Origin: Podarcis gaigeae | Lineage: Eukaryota | Assembly: GCA_964106915.2 (NCBI GenBank) | Contig: OZ066919.1 | Direction: 5' to 3' (one strand) | Length of the DNA stretch: 64,000 bases | Part shown: one piece after another, positions 10,604-24,676 of the stretch | How the letters are laid out: each line of letters begins with the position of its first letter | Numbering within the stretch: the stretch's first letter is position 1 | The notes under the pieces: generated by a model | Seen by the model: only the letters and a program-made list of their open reading frames with translations | The model's database searches: none | Told to the model about the DNA's origin: nothing | Translations under genes and position numbers: made by a program

Positions 10604-13600
10604 CATGTGGTTAATGGTTAACAGTGACTCAAGCAGTTTCCATACCTTCACCTCCCAAGCCTTTTGGAGTAAGCTTTCTGCTATCATGGAGGATGTAAGC
10701 TATCAGTCCATCCAACCACAAGGGAGAAGGAAAGGCAGAATAAAAGGTGGGCACAGTTTCTACCTAAGGAAAGCATGCTCTGTCTGCAAGTAAAAGCTTC
10801 CTTAGCTAACAGGATTGAGGCCCAGAACTTGCCCCCAGCCATTCCTATCTGCTAATTAAGGCACTGACATCTGCCATATGGCTAGTCAATGTTTTCTGTG
10901 CATTTTTTGTTTCTCCAATGCCCTCGGGGAATAAGGACTTTAAATTACACCCTGGGCTTGCCCTCCTTTTCATTGGACATTGTTTTCTCTTAGCCTGAGC
11001 TGAGTAAGCATTGGCAAACAAGCAGTCAGCCGTTCTGCTGTTTGTGTTACCCTCAGAGAGGTTAAAGCAATTTCCTTCTTGACTTAGGGAGGTTCATTAC
11101 AACATTGTATGAGGACCCCTGCAGTGATGGGATAACTGCTGTATAATTATGTAACTACCGTAAAAGCTTTGCTGAGATTAGAATATATTGTTTGAACTGA
11201 TTTAGTGCACCGGCTATGTTGCTCTCAGCACACAAAAGGTTGTCCTATTGTTCTCTGATATTAGGCGAAAGCTTGCAAGCTTGTCAATTTACTGCCAATG
11301 AAATAACTCAGAAGCTGTAACAGGAAAGTGTTCCTTAAAATACACTCCAAGGAGGAATGCAACAGCCAGAGAGAAAACGAGATGAAATGCTGGGCCACTA
11401 AATGAGATAATACTGTTTAAAAGAAGCAAAAGGCCAAGTGGAGGCCACAGGGTGAAGGACTGCAATTTAGAGGAAATGCACAGTAAAAATATACAGAAAT
11501 CCAGAGAGGCTAAAGAACTATGAAAAACAATATCTAAATGCACCTGGAGTTAATAAGGAGCTTTTTCTGCAACAAGAGGAGGCTTGTTTTCTCCAGATGT
11601 CATTGTTGACTAACTCCTTGGCTGCTTTCCCTCAAGCTGGTAGGTGGAAAGGCATAGCACAGCCTCCCCAAAGACCTACTGGTGCCAGTGAGAGCTCCCC
11701 CTCTCCACACCAAGGCTAACAGCAGTATAGGGAGAGGGTGATCTTGGAAATCACAGCTGAGAAAAGGGTTAAACCTCACCACCACCTGTGGTGTGGCCCC
11801 AGCAAAATTACTAAATTACTAAATTTAAAAATCAACCTGGCATGCTTTCCAATGGTGCACTGTCTAGCTGACCGTAAGCTTTTGGTCCTGCTACAAGTGG
11901 ACACCCCAGGCTATCTACTGCCATTGTCTTGGCCACACCCACTGCTGATGTGCAGTCCCACCTCCCAGGAATGGCCAAGAGGCAGGGGAGCCCTCAAGCC
12001 CATCCTCATATGGATATACCTGTTAGGAACATTTGCAGAATTCTGCCTCATTGTAGAGTGCGGGAATAGATCTGCTCCCCAGGGGAGCTGCAATTCAGGG
12101 CACCAGGTTGGCAAAGGCTAGGATAGATGGCCTTTGGTGTCTTCCAAGCCCTGTATTTCTTTCTGTGCGAGGGGCACCTGCCCACAAACCCTCCACAGTG
12201 GTTTGATTTTAAATACAGCAGGCTCTGCTTCCTTGCTGTCGCCCATTCAAGCCAATCTTCTGGAAGGAAATGAAAAGGGCCTAAGGCTGTACTCATTAGT
12301 GGGGCTAGACCACCTCGGCTGCCCCCTGGCACTAATTATACCACTGTGTACTAGGAGATGCTGCAGCTCAGCCGTACCCATCAGAGATGCGGAGGGTGAG
12401 AAGCACCGAAACAGTCCAGCTCTCTCTTCTCCTGCTCATTACAGTAACACTGGCATGACAGCCAAGCGGAGAGGGGGTGGAGACAGCACAGCGCTCAACT
12501 GGGTCTCCAGGGCACCTGGCTAATCCATGGCATCTAGTTCTGTCTTTAGTAATAGGCAGCAGCCCATAAATGCCAGCTCTCCAATTAGTCCTGGCCCCTG
12601 GCCCCATCACTAAGGAGGATCTCCTTCAAACCAGTAGGGGACAAACAAACAAAATCATTTGGCTCAGAGGGAGAAAATCTCACGGAGCAGTTGAGAGAGA
12701 ACCCAGGGCTGCTTTGTTGGGGATGATAAAATGGGATGGGAATCCCCCTTCATATGTTCCTGAGCTCGGCAGAGGTTGAGAGCAAAGCCCCAAGTTCCTG
12801 TAGGCCCAGCCCCCAAGGGTTGCTTTTCATGTTACTTCTGAAGATGCAGCTGTGCTTCCCTGAGCAAATGTCTGCAGATGGGTGCAAATGTTATGCAGTA
12901 CAGTATCTGAATCTGAGTTAAGACCTGTGAAGGGCAAGGCTCTGCCAGTAGTCCTGCATTTTGCAGATATGGCTTCTCAGGTAGCTGTGGGCATGTCTTG
13001 GGTTTCTCAGTCGAGTGAAGCAGCACTACTGCAGCAGCACAGTAAGATCACCACTAGCAACTGGGAACACCTGGAAGGCTGGGGGAAATGTCTCACTGGG
13101 TAAAGGGACCCCACCCTCTTTGAACTGCACTTAAGCCAGGCTGGCATGGCCCCCTTGGAAGACACTGGCAGCTGGGAAGGTGAGGTAAGATTGCAAGATT
13201 AAGCAAACCATCTAAGAACATCTAAGAAATTGACTTTTTGTGTTTAGAAAAGTGATGGGAAATACATGAACGAACAAGTAACGGGAAAAGCATATGAATG
13301 ATCTGCATGTAAATCAGGATGAATGCTTATTGCCATGAAACTGCTCCACAAACAAATCGGAAGAAACATTCAATAACGACCAGATAGAATCTAACCTCCG
13401 CATAACCTTTTGCACAAGCAAATTAGGATGGATGTTCAGTAAACAGGTCGTCAGAAGGAGATTTTAGAGGGTGGAGCTAAGAAGAAAGGTAACGAAACAG
13501 GAAGAAGCAAGAAGGCAAGAGTTAGACTTGGGAGGCATTGGATTTAGAAACAAGGCGAAAATGAAGAAAAACAGGGTAACAAACCTAGTGGTTTGGTGGA

Positions 13601-15913
13601 AAAGTTGGGTAAAGAAGGGAGTGAGTCAGCCAAGGGCCAGGAAGGTCAAAAACATGGAGGAAGGAGCTGGATATTGTTTTTGTGGAGATGTTAAGGAAGG
13701 TAGGAGAGGATATATGCACTGGGAGGACATTCTTTCCTCCCATTCATCTCATCCTACCAGGTACATAGGAAGGTTGAGGATTGTGTGCAGCCTTGGACTT
13801 TCCTGAAGAATGTATGCTGCGTTGAGCATTGGTGGACCCACTGACTGACCTCTGAGCTTCAGTGAGTGCCCCTTTGGCAACTGCTAGAAATAACCAAACC
13901 TTAGGCTACATGAATTACATAGGACAAGTGGGCAGACCCAAATTTTCAGTGCAGTCTATATTTTATTATAAGCAAGGAGTTTGTCCCATGTGGGGTATTG
14001 GAGAAGTGAATCACATTGCAAGGAATTGCATTTCCACAAAAAGTGGCCAGGTGTTAGCCAGATGTATCCAAAGAGGTGTATTAATTAGTTTCCTGGGGAG
14101 CTAGTCCATAACAGCTCATTAATGGAGAAAGTGTTTGCTCTTTTCAGTTAGACACTGCATATTTTATCGTAAATGAAGTGTCTCAGGTGACACAGAAGTA
14201 AAATAACTAAATTTGCACAGATGCACAAACACACACAAACTAATGTCTGTTGATATGTAACTATGCAAGTTTTGGGGCTGCATAGATAGCTGTAGATCAT
14301 CTTTCATCAAACATTTTCCTATACTGATATTAACCCCAGTGGCTGGGGTGGGGTGAGGTGAGGCGAGGATTGTAATTTTAAAATGTCCTGTTCCTTTGAA
14401 ATGGCACATTTAAAAAGTCAAACACTAGAAGTGAAACACTCCCCCTCCTTCACATAAATGTCAATGCTCGCATTGGAAAATATAGCATTAGATCTAGCCC
14501 TAATGCCATTTGTGTTGAACAAGGTTATGTACTGATGCAAATATGCTATGTCACTTCAGATAAATGGTAGCCTAATCAGAAATAATGTGAAATATGTGAC
14601 ACAATGCATTGAAGAGTAGGCCTGCAAATTGCAGTGATGACCTAAGAAAAAGAGGATCTTGTGTCAAACAGCGTTAAGCCCTAGATCCCTTCATGCTCAG
14701 AAATTAGGACTTCCCATTCAGAGCTCCTGTTCTGCAAAGGCAGAGCAACAGAAGCAAGTGGCTGTGCCCTGAACGGAAAACTGAAAGGAAAAGGAAGATG
14801 CATGGCTTGAAGATCTTGCAGATGTGATTCTAGGGAAAGTCTCTGTTGTATGGTCACTGGAGTGTGTGTGTGTGTGTGTGTCTAAGAGATAGCATGGCTG
14901 GCTACCTCTGATGTCATGTTGCCTTAATCAACCTCAAGGTAAGCAGTGCTGGGTTGGAAATCACAATCATGCAGTCTGATGTCCTCCAATGTATCAGGAT
15001 GTGAAAGCCATGTCTGGCTTTGATGGTACAAGGAGCATCTCGTTAAAATTGTGAGACCTTTTCTCTAACCCTCACCAAATTTCTCTGGCTAATAAATGGA
15101 CCTTAAAAAGCAATATTGTCAGCAGTAGAAACTAATGTTCAGAATGAGAATCTTTCAGGACCAAGCCAAAGAATCACCTCCCTTCATTTTTCACTAAAGG
15201 ATCCTCACTGGATGGAGAGAACTCTATCACTATAAAATAATTTGGGGGGGAGGGTTCAGTGGGGATTTAAAAGAGCTTGGATAGACTGCCAAGCCACACT
15301 ATCCTTCCTCCTTTTAAACCAAAATGACTTTATTCCTCCTCTCAGAAAAAGAAAATCTGCTCAAGCCTTGCTTTCTGCTTATGAACTTGGATTGAAGCCC
15401 ATGACCGACCTTCATGATCCTAATGGCCTCTTCTGCTGCATAAGCAGTTTTCTACAGGTGAGTGACTTGGGTCAATGTGTGCAAGGGGATTAAAAAACAA
15501 GAGCCAGTGGGCTATCCATTAAAGAGCTGCAACTCAATTAAGGCTATTGATTAATCAATGAGCGCAAGCATGACTCCACTCCTCAGCAATAACAAAAATC
15601 TTGGCTAGTGATGGACAGCTGCAAATTATAGAAAGAGGAGCTGGTTTTCAGGGCAGACCATGAATGGTGGTAAAGGGGGTCTGCTGAAGATCACCAAGGG
15701 TCTAGTTAGCCAGACATGATCTTGTCAGGCCTACTACTAATGACGCCAATGATTCTCACTTCCCTTTTATTCCAAAACAATTACAACTTTTCAGATTGTT
15801 GCTTGCGATGAAGAGCTAGAAATGTAACCTTTTCCTCAACTCTGTGAAGAGTAAAGTTGCCAGATGCAGAATCTGAACTGGTTCAGGTATCTGCATAGGT
15901 AAAGCATACATTT

Positions 15914-15952
15914 TAATAATAATAATAAAATAATAATAATAATAATAATAAT
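15914..15952. repeat. (AAT)n microsatellite
   Basis: Directly visible, one interruption. Confidence 0.95.
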
Positions 15953-17051
15953 GTGGTTTTTAAGATTTACTCAGGTCCAGTCTTTTGCATTACAGCCTTG
16001 TAGTAACAAGGGAAGCCAGAGCTATTGGAATTTCCCATTTACTGCTTTAAAATATTGGAACCCTCCAGCAAGCTTGGTCGCTAAGGAGAGCTACAAGTTT
16101 CAGGCTGCAGGTTCATTGATATATGGTCATCCATGCAAATCCACACCTTCAATGGCATATTTATTCTATGGTGATGGGTTTTCCTCAGGGTCTGGATTGT
16201 GTTGAGTTTTGGCAGGATGATAGATACACATCAGGCAGAACAGAATCCATTGCAATCCCCCCCCCCCCGAATTCCGTGTTGGGCTGTACTTTTCCTTCCG
16301 TAGTTTGATAGGAGAAAACAAGCAAATTCACAAGCAGAGCTAACTATGTTGTCATCAGGTCAATGAGCAATCTGGTGCAATGTTTTGCCAAAAGTATTTA
16401 GAATTTGTGCTTAGAAACCCTCACCTGTTTACAACTCAGTAAGCACATTCTCACATTTGGATGTTTTATATTGTCACCATTTTATTGTCATGCAACAGCT
16501 CATTCCCAAACCACTAAAGTATTCAGAAATGCAAAATTCAGTACTCGAGGACAAAATTGTCATTAAGTCCTGTTCCTGAATATAATGGTCTGTAATTTGC
16601 CAACTGGACCAGTGCAGTAGCCCACAGATTCTCTCGGTGTTATTTATATTAGGTTTGTTTATATTTATAGGCCACTTTTCTATGCAAAGGACCTTGTTTG
16701 GCTATACAACAGCCAAATAGTTCACAATAATCACATCACAAAACACTGATTACAATATGATGCAACCAATCATGAAACAAGACTAAAAACTAAAAAGAGC
16801 AATCACTAGGTAAATTCAGCAGACCTCAGAAGATCAGAAGGCATGATGGAACAGACAGAGTTTTACTGATTATCTAAAAATGTCAGCCAGCAAAACAGTA
16901 AACCAAACTCATAATGAGAGAACAGATACTGTGCTTATTGAATAGGTACAATGTTCAATACATAGAGCTGGAGGATGTTTTGCTATTCCAGTGCACAACA
17001 ACATGGAACTCTGTCTTCTACAAACTCTAGCCACTTCAAAGCAAACACTGA

Positions 17052-17215
17052 GTGCAGTGGTAGAACGACATTTTGCTTTGCATATTGTAGGTCCCAGGTT
17101 CAATCCCTGATATCTCCAGGTAGCGCTGGAAAAGACTCCTACCTGCAACCCTGAGGAGCTGCTGAACTGGGTGGGCCAATATTATGGCTCAGTACAAAGC
17201 AGCTTCCTATGTTCC
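17052..17215 (+). mobile_element. tRNA-derived SINE (Squam2-like)
   Basis: A-box-like cagtggtaga, B-box ggttcaatccc, tail gcagcttcctatgttcc. Confidence 0.7.
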
Positions 17216-17227
17216 AAGGGATCTCCA

Positions 17228-17490
17228 GGGAGCCAGTGTGGTGAAGTGGTTAAGAGCGATAGACTCATAATCTGGGGAACCGGGTTTGCGTCTCCGCTCC
17301 TCCACATGCAGCTGCTGGGTGACCTTGGGCTAGTCACACTTCTCTGAAGTCTCTCAGCCCCACTCACCTCACAGAGTGTTTGTTGTGAGGGAGGAAGGGA
17401 AAGAAGAATGTTAGCCGCTTTGAGACTCCTTTGGGTAGTGATAAAGCGGGATATCAAATCCAAACTCCTCCTCCTCTTCTTCTTCTCCTC
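17228..17490 (+). mobile_element. Full-length tRNA-derived SINE with MIR/CORE-like body (Squam3-like)
   Basis: Head gggagccagtgtggtgaagtggttaagagc, core gggtgaccttgggctagtcac, (CTC/CTT)n tail; several CpGs retained. Confidence 0.8.
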
Positions 17491-20386
17491 TAAGGATTTA
17501 CCATCTCAGCCCAGTATGCATCTGCCCAAAGAGTGCCCTAAACTTTGTTCTTGTGCTGGTGGTGCGAACTAGATGTGTGTGAATAAGCTGTAAATGCAAT
17601 TTAATGAACCCTTGAAATCTCTTAATTGGAGATTCCAGGATCTCCCTTATCCTGTTCCTTCAATGAGGGGCTGGTTTCTGCCAATCCTCATCCCGCCATC
17701 CCTTCCCTGAAGATCCAGATCTGCTGCATGAGTTCTTATCCCCAGCGCCAGATTATATGGTTAAATCGGCTGCAAAAACAAAAATGCAAGACTTTGTGCT
17801 AGCAAATGTCGGGCAGAAATATCAAAGGAAGATGTCAATTTAGCCCATTAGTGTTCCAAGCCATGGACACTGTCCCTGATCTTTAGAGCTTATACCTCAA
17901 TCCTTGGCAGGCAGCGATGATGAGTCCTGGGCCTGGAGAGTACGTGTACAGAATTATCCTAACCAGGTTTATTTGGAAGCAAGTCTCATTAATTTCAATT
18001 TGCATCCAGTTTCAAGTAATTATGTTTAGGATTGCAGCCCATGTCTGACTGGTGATTTAGAAATGAAGCCTTCTCCAGAGCTGCAAGAGCGTGACGACTG
18101 TCAATAGCATGCAAACCTCTGACCAATAAGTCAAGGGAACAAGGGATTGCCAAAGGCAATGTCCACTTGCACCCTTAAATACCAGAGATAGGTTGAAGCC
18201 ACTCTGCTTCCTATCCTGTTCCTCCACTGTTTCTCCTGCTGACCATCCTCTTCCTCCCGATCACAAGTTCAGATTGTGTGTGCAATGCGAACATTGCGTG
18301 AGATTGGCTTAAGTAGCAAATTTGGGGCTTTGTTTCTTTACCATCTGGTACCTGGGCCTGACAGTTCATCTGCCACAGTTCCCCTGCTAGCACTGTGGGC
18401 ACCTGTTACTGCAAATCATTCCTGGACCTCTTAAATGATGAAATTCTCACCCTTCCAGAGGGAGTCTAGAGGCTGGATGGTTTTAATAGGACTCAGAAAT
18501 AACCATGTCATTGAGCCCAAGCAGATGCCCAGCAGTAGACTCCAGCCAACCAATAGCCTGATGTAGTTTAGGCACCCTTAAGTCAATTTGAATCAATGGA
18601 CTTTGTCACATCTACACAGGACAAGGCAGCAAAAGCTGGAGGTGAGAACAGAAAAGCCATGATCTTTAGCTGAAGGAGAAAAGTCCAGCAGCCCAAGTGT
18701 GGCTGTGAGCCAGGAAGGCATCTGGAATTCTTCCTGAAGAGAATGGCTAGACTCCCTTGCTGTAGACTTGCTTTTGCCTATCTAGCCATTTAATTTTTTA
18801 GTCCAAAGGCTCCCTGGCCTGAGGAATGCTGTGAAGCAGGGAAAGTGCTACGGACAGATCAAAAGGCCACTTCAGTATCAGTACTTTTTATTAGCTCAGC
18901 GGCTCTTTCTGATTCCGGCCTGGCTCTGCTCTCCTTAACAGGAGTAATAAAAAGATGCCATGCACTCGCAAGGTGCCCAGGGCTTGTAGTCGGTCCTTTG
19001 GATTGCGAACCTCGGCTTGGGAGAGGACAGAGGAAATAACTGAATGCCCAGCCTAGCCCCTGTGGCAAAGGCAAAGCCATCGTCTGCTTTGCTTTTGCGT
19101 CTAATATCCTGGCAAAAGGGATGAAGGACTCTGCAGGGAGATCAATCTTGTGGCCCTCAATTTATTAGCTCGCTCTTATCTCTGGCTATATTTCAAAACA
19201 CAGCTTTGATCATTTTCGTCTTTCTTTTTCTCTCTTTCATGCAACATGATTTAATTTAAATAGACTTTTCTGTGGGCATGAGCTGCACATTCAGTGAAGA
19301 GTTGATTCCAGCACAGCAGTAAAAGAGGCCAGTGGAAAGTATTTGTAACTGGGTGCAGAGCCCTGCAAGGTTAAGAAAGAAAGAGGGTAGAAGAAAGTGG
19401 CAGGCCGTCACTGGCTTAACCCGCAGCTGGGCATCGGCAGGACGGCTGCTGATTATCCAGCAGTGCTCAAAAAACTTGTAAGAAGCCTGGACAGTCTGCT
19501 TCTTTGCTGGATGATTTCTAGCAGAGAAACAGCAAGGGAGAGGGGGTATTAACCCTTTGCTTGACCTGCCACTTTTCTGCTGCAGCAGCTCCACCACCCC
19601 AAACAGCAGGGATCAAGTGTTTAGGGTGTGCTTAGGCATTCTCAACAAGACCAGGTGTGAGCTTTCTGTTTGAAAATTATCAGACGTCCAGAGTTTGATA
19701 CTGGAAGGAAGGGGACCTGGCAAAGCAGACAGAGAATGCTTTGTGTACTGGATGGTGCTGTGTTCTTCAGAAACAGAGAAAGTATTTCTGTCCAGGTGAG
19801 ATCCCTCACCTTACCGCCTATCTCCCGATGAGGGTGGCCAAGAGCTGTAGCTGATGGAAACAAGTCAGATGGACTGATAGCAGAGACCAAAGGCAAAGCA
19901 CAAACCACCTCAATCCAGTTGTTTGTGGTGGTGATCAAAGCAGACTTGACAGATACCTGAACCCGTCCATCTCTGGAAACTGTAAGGCAGCAACAGGTCT
20001 CCTTACTGTGGACAACAGGGGGAAATTTGCTTGGGGCAGTCTGTCCAGCTCTCCAGCCTACTCAAAGTGGTGGTGATGAATCGCCAGTCTGTGGGCCTGA
20101 TCCTGCTCATCAAGCCTTTCCCATCACCCCTGGCCTGTAACCAGTGGTCACTGGAAAAACAAAAACTAAGTGTTACTAGGAACTCTCTCTCATCACAGTA
20201 GATAGGAACACCCAGGAAACAAAGGAACATTCAGTGAAGGGGGGAAAGGTGCTAACATTCCAGTGACTTATTTAACTACTAAAAGTAGCAGGTGCTTGTG
20301 ATGTCAGCACTATGATCCCACACATACTAAAAAAGTGGCTCTTCCTTCAGTTTCACCTAGATAAAGCAGCTATGCTCTGAACTTCA

Positions 20387-20729
20387 GGGATGTAGCTCAG
20401 AAGGTCGCAGCTTCAGTCCCCAGCATCTCCAACTAGAGTTGGGGAAAATTCATCTCTGAAACACTGGGGGACTGCATCCAGTTAGTGTGGACTGTGATAG
20501 CCAACATGGTGCCCTCCAAATGTTGTGGACTACAACACCCATCATCCATGGCAATTGTCCATGCTGGATGGGGTGATGTGAGCTGTAGTCCATAGCATGT
20601 GGACTGTAGTCCATAGCATCAGGTTGTGATGTGAGCTGTAGTCCATGGCATCAGGTTGGCTACTACTGGTGTACACAATATGGAGCTAGATGGACAAATG
20701 GTTTGCCTTGGTATACGGAAGCTTCCTAG
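20387..20729 (+). mobile_element. tRNA-derived SINE with a nested hAT-like MITE (20493-20668)
   Basis: Head gggatgtagctcag, tail agcttcctagg; insertion flanked by GTGTGGAC / GTGTACAC. Confidence 0.7.
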
Positions 20730-21299
20730 GAATACCTTGGGACTTGTAATAAATATTTAGGACTTGTTGATTCAGTAATGTAAGGGCCCTGTTCAGCTAA
20801 TGCACATTCAACAAGACCCCTTGAAATAATCACCAGAGAAGCTGACATGTGTTCCTTTAATAAGGAAGGCATGGTACAAATTGGGATACATTAAAAGAGA
20901 AGCAATATTTGTTCCAAATAAAATCAAAACTAAACGGAACTTGACAGTTTCTTAAAAACAGTGCACTGTAAGCAGAATCATTAACTAAGAATAATGTTTA
21001 GGATTCAGATTCCATCGGTATATCACCACCCCCATCCAATTCATTACAACTGTAGACACTATAGACAATCATTAACAAGAGTTCACCACTTCATAAATCA
21101 GCTGTTTGAGCCCATGCAGACCAAACTTCTTTGGGGTGAACAAGGGGGGGCTTTGGGTAGGTTGTCTGTGCCACCCTGCCGAGTAATAAGAAGGATTTTA
21201 CCACACATCAGATACAAACATATGGTTTTCCCCAGAGGCCTGCTGTTGAGCAATCCGGTGGAGGTATCTAGACTAGATTTGACCAAGCTGCTTGGAAAA

Positions 21300-22441
21300 G
21301 TTTGGCAGACTGCCTACCTCCTTGACCTTTGCTTCTTAGAGCTAGTCACAGGGGGTTGACTGGGTGGGTCCAGTGATTAGGACTTCCCTGGAGAAGGGGG
21401 AGATACCATCTGCCTTGAAGGAGGCAGTGGTGCACCCCCACCTTGGACCCAGAAGTGTTAAACAACTATCGCCCACTGGCAAACATCCCCTTTTGGGGCA
21501 AGGTGGTTATTTGGATGGCATGCTTGGAGGAAGCTAATTATTTGGATGCATTTCAGTCTGGCTTCAGGCCTGGTCATGGCACTGAAACTGCCTTGGTTGC
21601 CCTAGTTGACGCCATTTATTGGGAGAGAGATGACGAGGAGTGCTGCCCTGATCATCCTCCTGGATTTTTCCAGCAGCTTTTGATATTGTTGACCACAGAA
21701 TCCTTCTGGAGCATCTCAAGGAGGTGGGGGAAGTGTGCTCCAGTAGTTCCTCTCCTACTTCAAGGGCCATTTCAAGCAAGCAGTCAGAAAGTTGTGTCCC
21801 ACAAGGTTCTATCTTGTCCCCCATGCTATTTAACATCTATATGAAGCCTCTGGGAGCTGTCATAGGGAGATTTGGAATGAAGTGCCACCAATAGGCAGAT
21901 GACACTCAGCTCTGTTTCTCTATTCCGTCTGAATCAGGAGATGCAGTTGAGGTGTTAGAAGCAGTGCTCGAGGGCTGTGATGCATTGGATGTGGCCCAAT
22001 AAACTGAATCTGAATCCTGAAATGAATGTCTTATGTGACCAAGAGGTGAGGAAATGACCTGCCCTGGACAAGATTGCATTGCCCTGGAAGGAGCAAGTCT
22101 GCAGCTTGTGGATGCTCCTGGAAGCAACACTGTCACTGGTGACTCAAGTGATCTCAGTGGTTAGGAGTGTCTTTTTCTAGTTACGGTTGCTTCATCACCT
22201 GCAGCCCCTGTTGGACAGAGATGACTTAGCCGCTGTGCTCCATGCTCTAGTAACTTCCAGATTGAATTATTGTAATGCACTCTACACAGGGCTGCCCCTG
22301 AAGATGACTTGGAACATTGGTTGGTCCAAATGCAGCTGCCAGATTATTGGCTGGGGTTTCCTTCTGAGCACATATAACCCCCTGGTTTTAAAACAGCATC
22401 ACTGGCTGCCCGTTCCTTTCCAGGCCCAACCCAAGGTGCTG
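21300..22441 (+). mobile_element. Degenerate L2-clade LINE ORF2 (reverse transcriptase) fragment
   Basis: Across frameshifts: NYRPLANIPF, FQSGFRPGHGTETAL, AAFD, VPQGSILSPMLFNIYM, ADDTQL, HALVTSRLNYCNALY. Confidence 0.9.
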
Positions 22442-24637
22442 TATGCGAAAGAATGGAAACATTCCCCCTCATCGCAGCATAATCCACCACTGTTCTGACC
22501 CATCAATTCTAGCACAGCAGTTTCCTCTACACCTTTCTCAAAAGGATTCTTCATGCTTCCTGGGTTGCCCTTTAGCACATCAGTTTCTCTATTCATTACC
22601 CAAATCCCTGAACATTTTCAAATCCAAATCTGTTGACATAACACAGAGTATACAGCTGTGCACCAGCAAAGGGATTGTCATTACTGAGTATGTATCTGGC
22701 AGGAGTTGGCATCACTGGGCATATGCTGCAGCCCACACTACACCAGGAGGTGCATTGCCACCTCCCACAGCCTCCTGGCCCTGCTTCTCTTTCCCTAGCT
22801 CCCTATTCTCCTTCAAACATGCAAACAGTAACAAGACTGAGGAACTGGAGCAGCACATTCCCCTTGCTGCCTTCTCTCCCTCTGTGTGGTTGTGCAGACG
22901 GAACCCAGAGGGAGAGAGAAAGCAAATATGCAGTGGTTTAGAGAGCGCCTCCCACTGAAGGTATATTCTCCAAAGGTACTCCAAAACCTAGAGCCAGCAC
23001 TAATATCTGCCTATGGATTATTTTATTTTATTTTGGTCTATATCTAGGACTGGGAACTGTTTTTTTCCTGGCATGCCAGATCTATGTCTGCCCTACCCTT
23101 TGAAGGCCAAATTCAATAAGTGGATGGAACTGCCTACATGTCAGTCACCTAGCATCCCAATGACATCAGGTGGTGAGCCTCTTTGAAGATGCACTCCCAG
23201 CACACCTTCAAAGTGGCTAGCTCCAGAAGCATGCAGCACTTTGCACTGAGACTGCTGCTAAAACAGAGGAGGTCCCCCCCCCCCAATTTCAAAAGTGGTT
23301 TCCTTTTCCTGCTCCAGTAAAGAAACAATCAGGAACTCACTTTAAGCTCCCAGTTGCTCCTTTGATGCTACACCAGTGCCTGTCCCACACCTGGCACCAC
23401 ATATGATGTTAAATGTAGGGCAGGTGGACGTGGTTGTCAGGAGCAGCCTGGCAGGCCAGCCAAATTGGGACCCCTGCTGGACCAAAATTGGACCACCAGC
23501 TGGAGGCTCCCCACCCCAGCTTATACTAATTGCCCTATTCAATCAATTACATATAACTAAATTGGGAACATACATAGTATCTTTTGCAGATATTTATTGG
23601 ATAGAATAGTTGCTCTCAGTAAAACATTCCAAACACATACTTTACATTACTTGAATCAAGAAGTACACAGAGATTGTTTGAAACAATGCTGCCAGCAATG
23701 AAACTCTTCCATAAGGGAGAGTTCCAATTAATATTTGATTTTTTAAATCCACATGTTTAAACTGTGGTTAATGCATTTGATTAATCATGCCAATTAATGG
23801 AATAATGCTTTCAGCTCTGCTTTCAAGTTTTCCTTTCCTTTCCTTTCCTTTTTTTTTAATGACACCAGAAAGACAACTTTTCACCAACCACATTTGTAAT
23901 TGAAAATTACTTATCTGTAGTTTATGATGTGGCTCTCCTGTCATCAATGTTTCACATTTGACTGCTTCAATGAACTTTAATTTTATTATAGCAGACTGCT
24001 TTAAAAGAAAGAAAGCAAGAAAAATAGTAGTCGAATGCGTAGAACAAGTAGTACTTGAATGCACCTATTTAAATCTGCAAATCTGCCTTTTATTCAGAAA
24101 ATGCTGTTGACCTTGATGTTCCAGTGAGTGAGTGTGAGTGGGGTACAGGGAATGCCCCTTATTTACAATTATTTCACTGGAAGGTGTAACCAATTCTCAC
24201 CGTCTGCAATGGCACAGGGCAGAATGAGGAACAAGTAGCCGGAGCAGATGATCTTCCACTCTTTCCTGTAAGCACATTTTCCCTGTCCTCTTTTCCACTC
24301 TAGTTGGAAGAGCTCAAAATAGCTTTGGCATATGTGTGAAGACTTCACAAGCAGCGCTGCCTGAAAGAGACCAGTTGGCTAGTACAGCCAATGTTTGTGA
24401 TTCACTTCAATGCAAGAGGGAGCCAGCACCACCATGTGTGTGCATAAACAGGAGAAGCTCAGAGTAGGACAAGTCTGGCAAGTGTACTGAACATCTCCTG
24501 GCTTTAAGCATGGGCAAACCAAGCATGTACTCGCATTACATTGGGGAGATATGCCACAACACCAGCGGGAATGCCCACCATATACAACATGTGTTCAGCA
24601 TAGGAGGGAGAAGGAGAAACACACAGCTAGAAAATAT

Positions 24638-24640
<3 letters not shown>

Positions 24641-24674
<34 letters not shown>
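24641..24674. repeat. (CA)n microsatellite
   Basis: Directly visible. Confidence 0.95.

Positions 24675-24676
<2 letters not shown>

Noticed and set aside
10364-10793. HT-repeat and CV-repeat ORFs
   Set aside because: They are translations of the (TG)n microsatellite.
21300-22441. Active or domesticated reverse transcriptase
   Set aside because: Multiple frameshifts and stops, including TAG where the Y of YADD is expected; an ordinary decayed L2.
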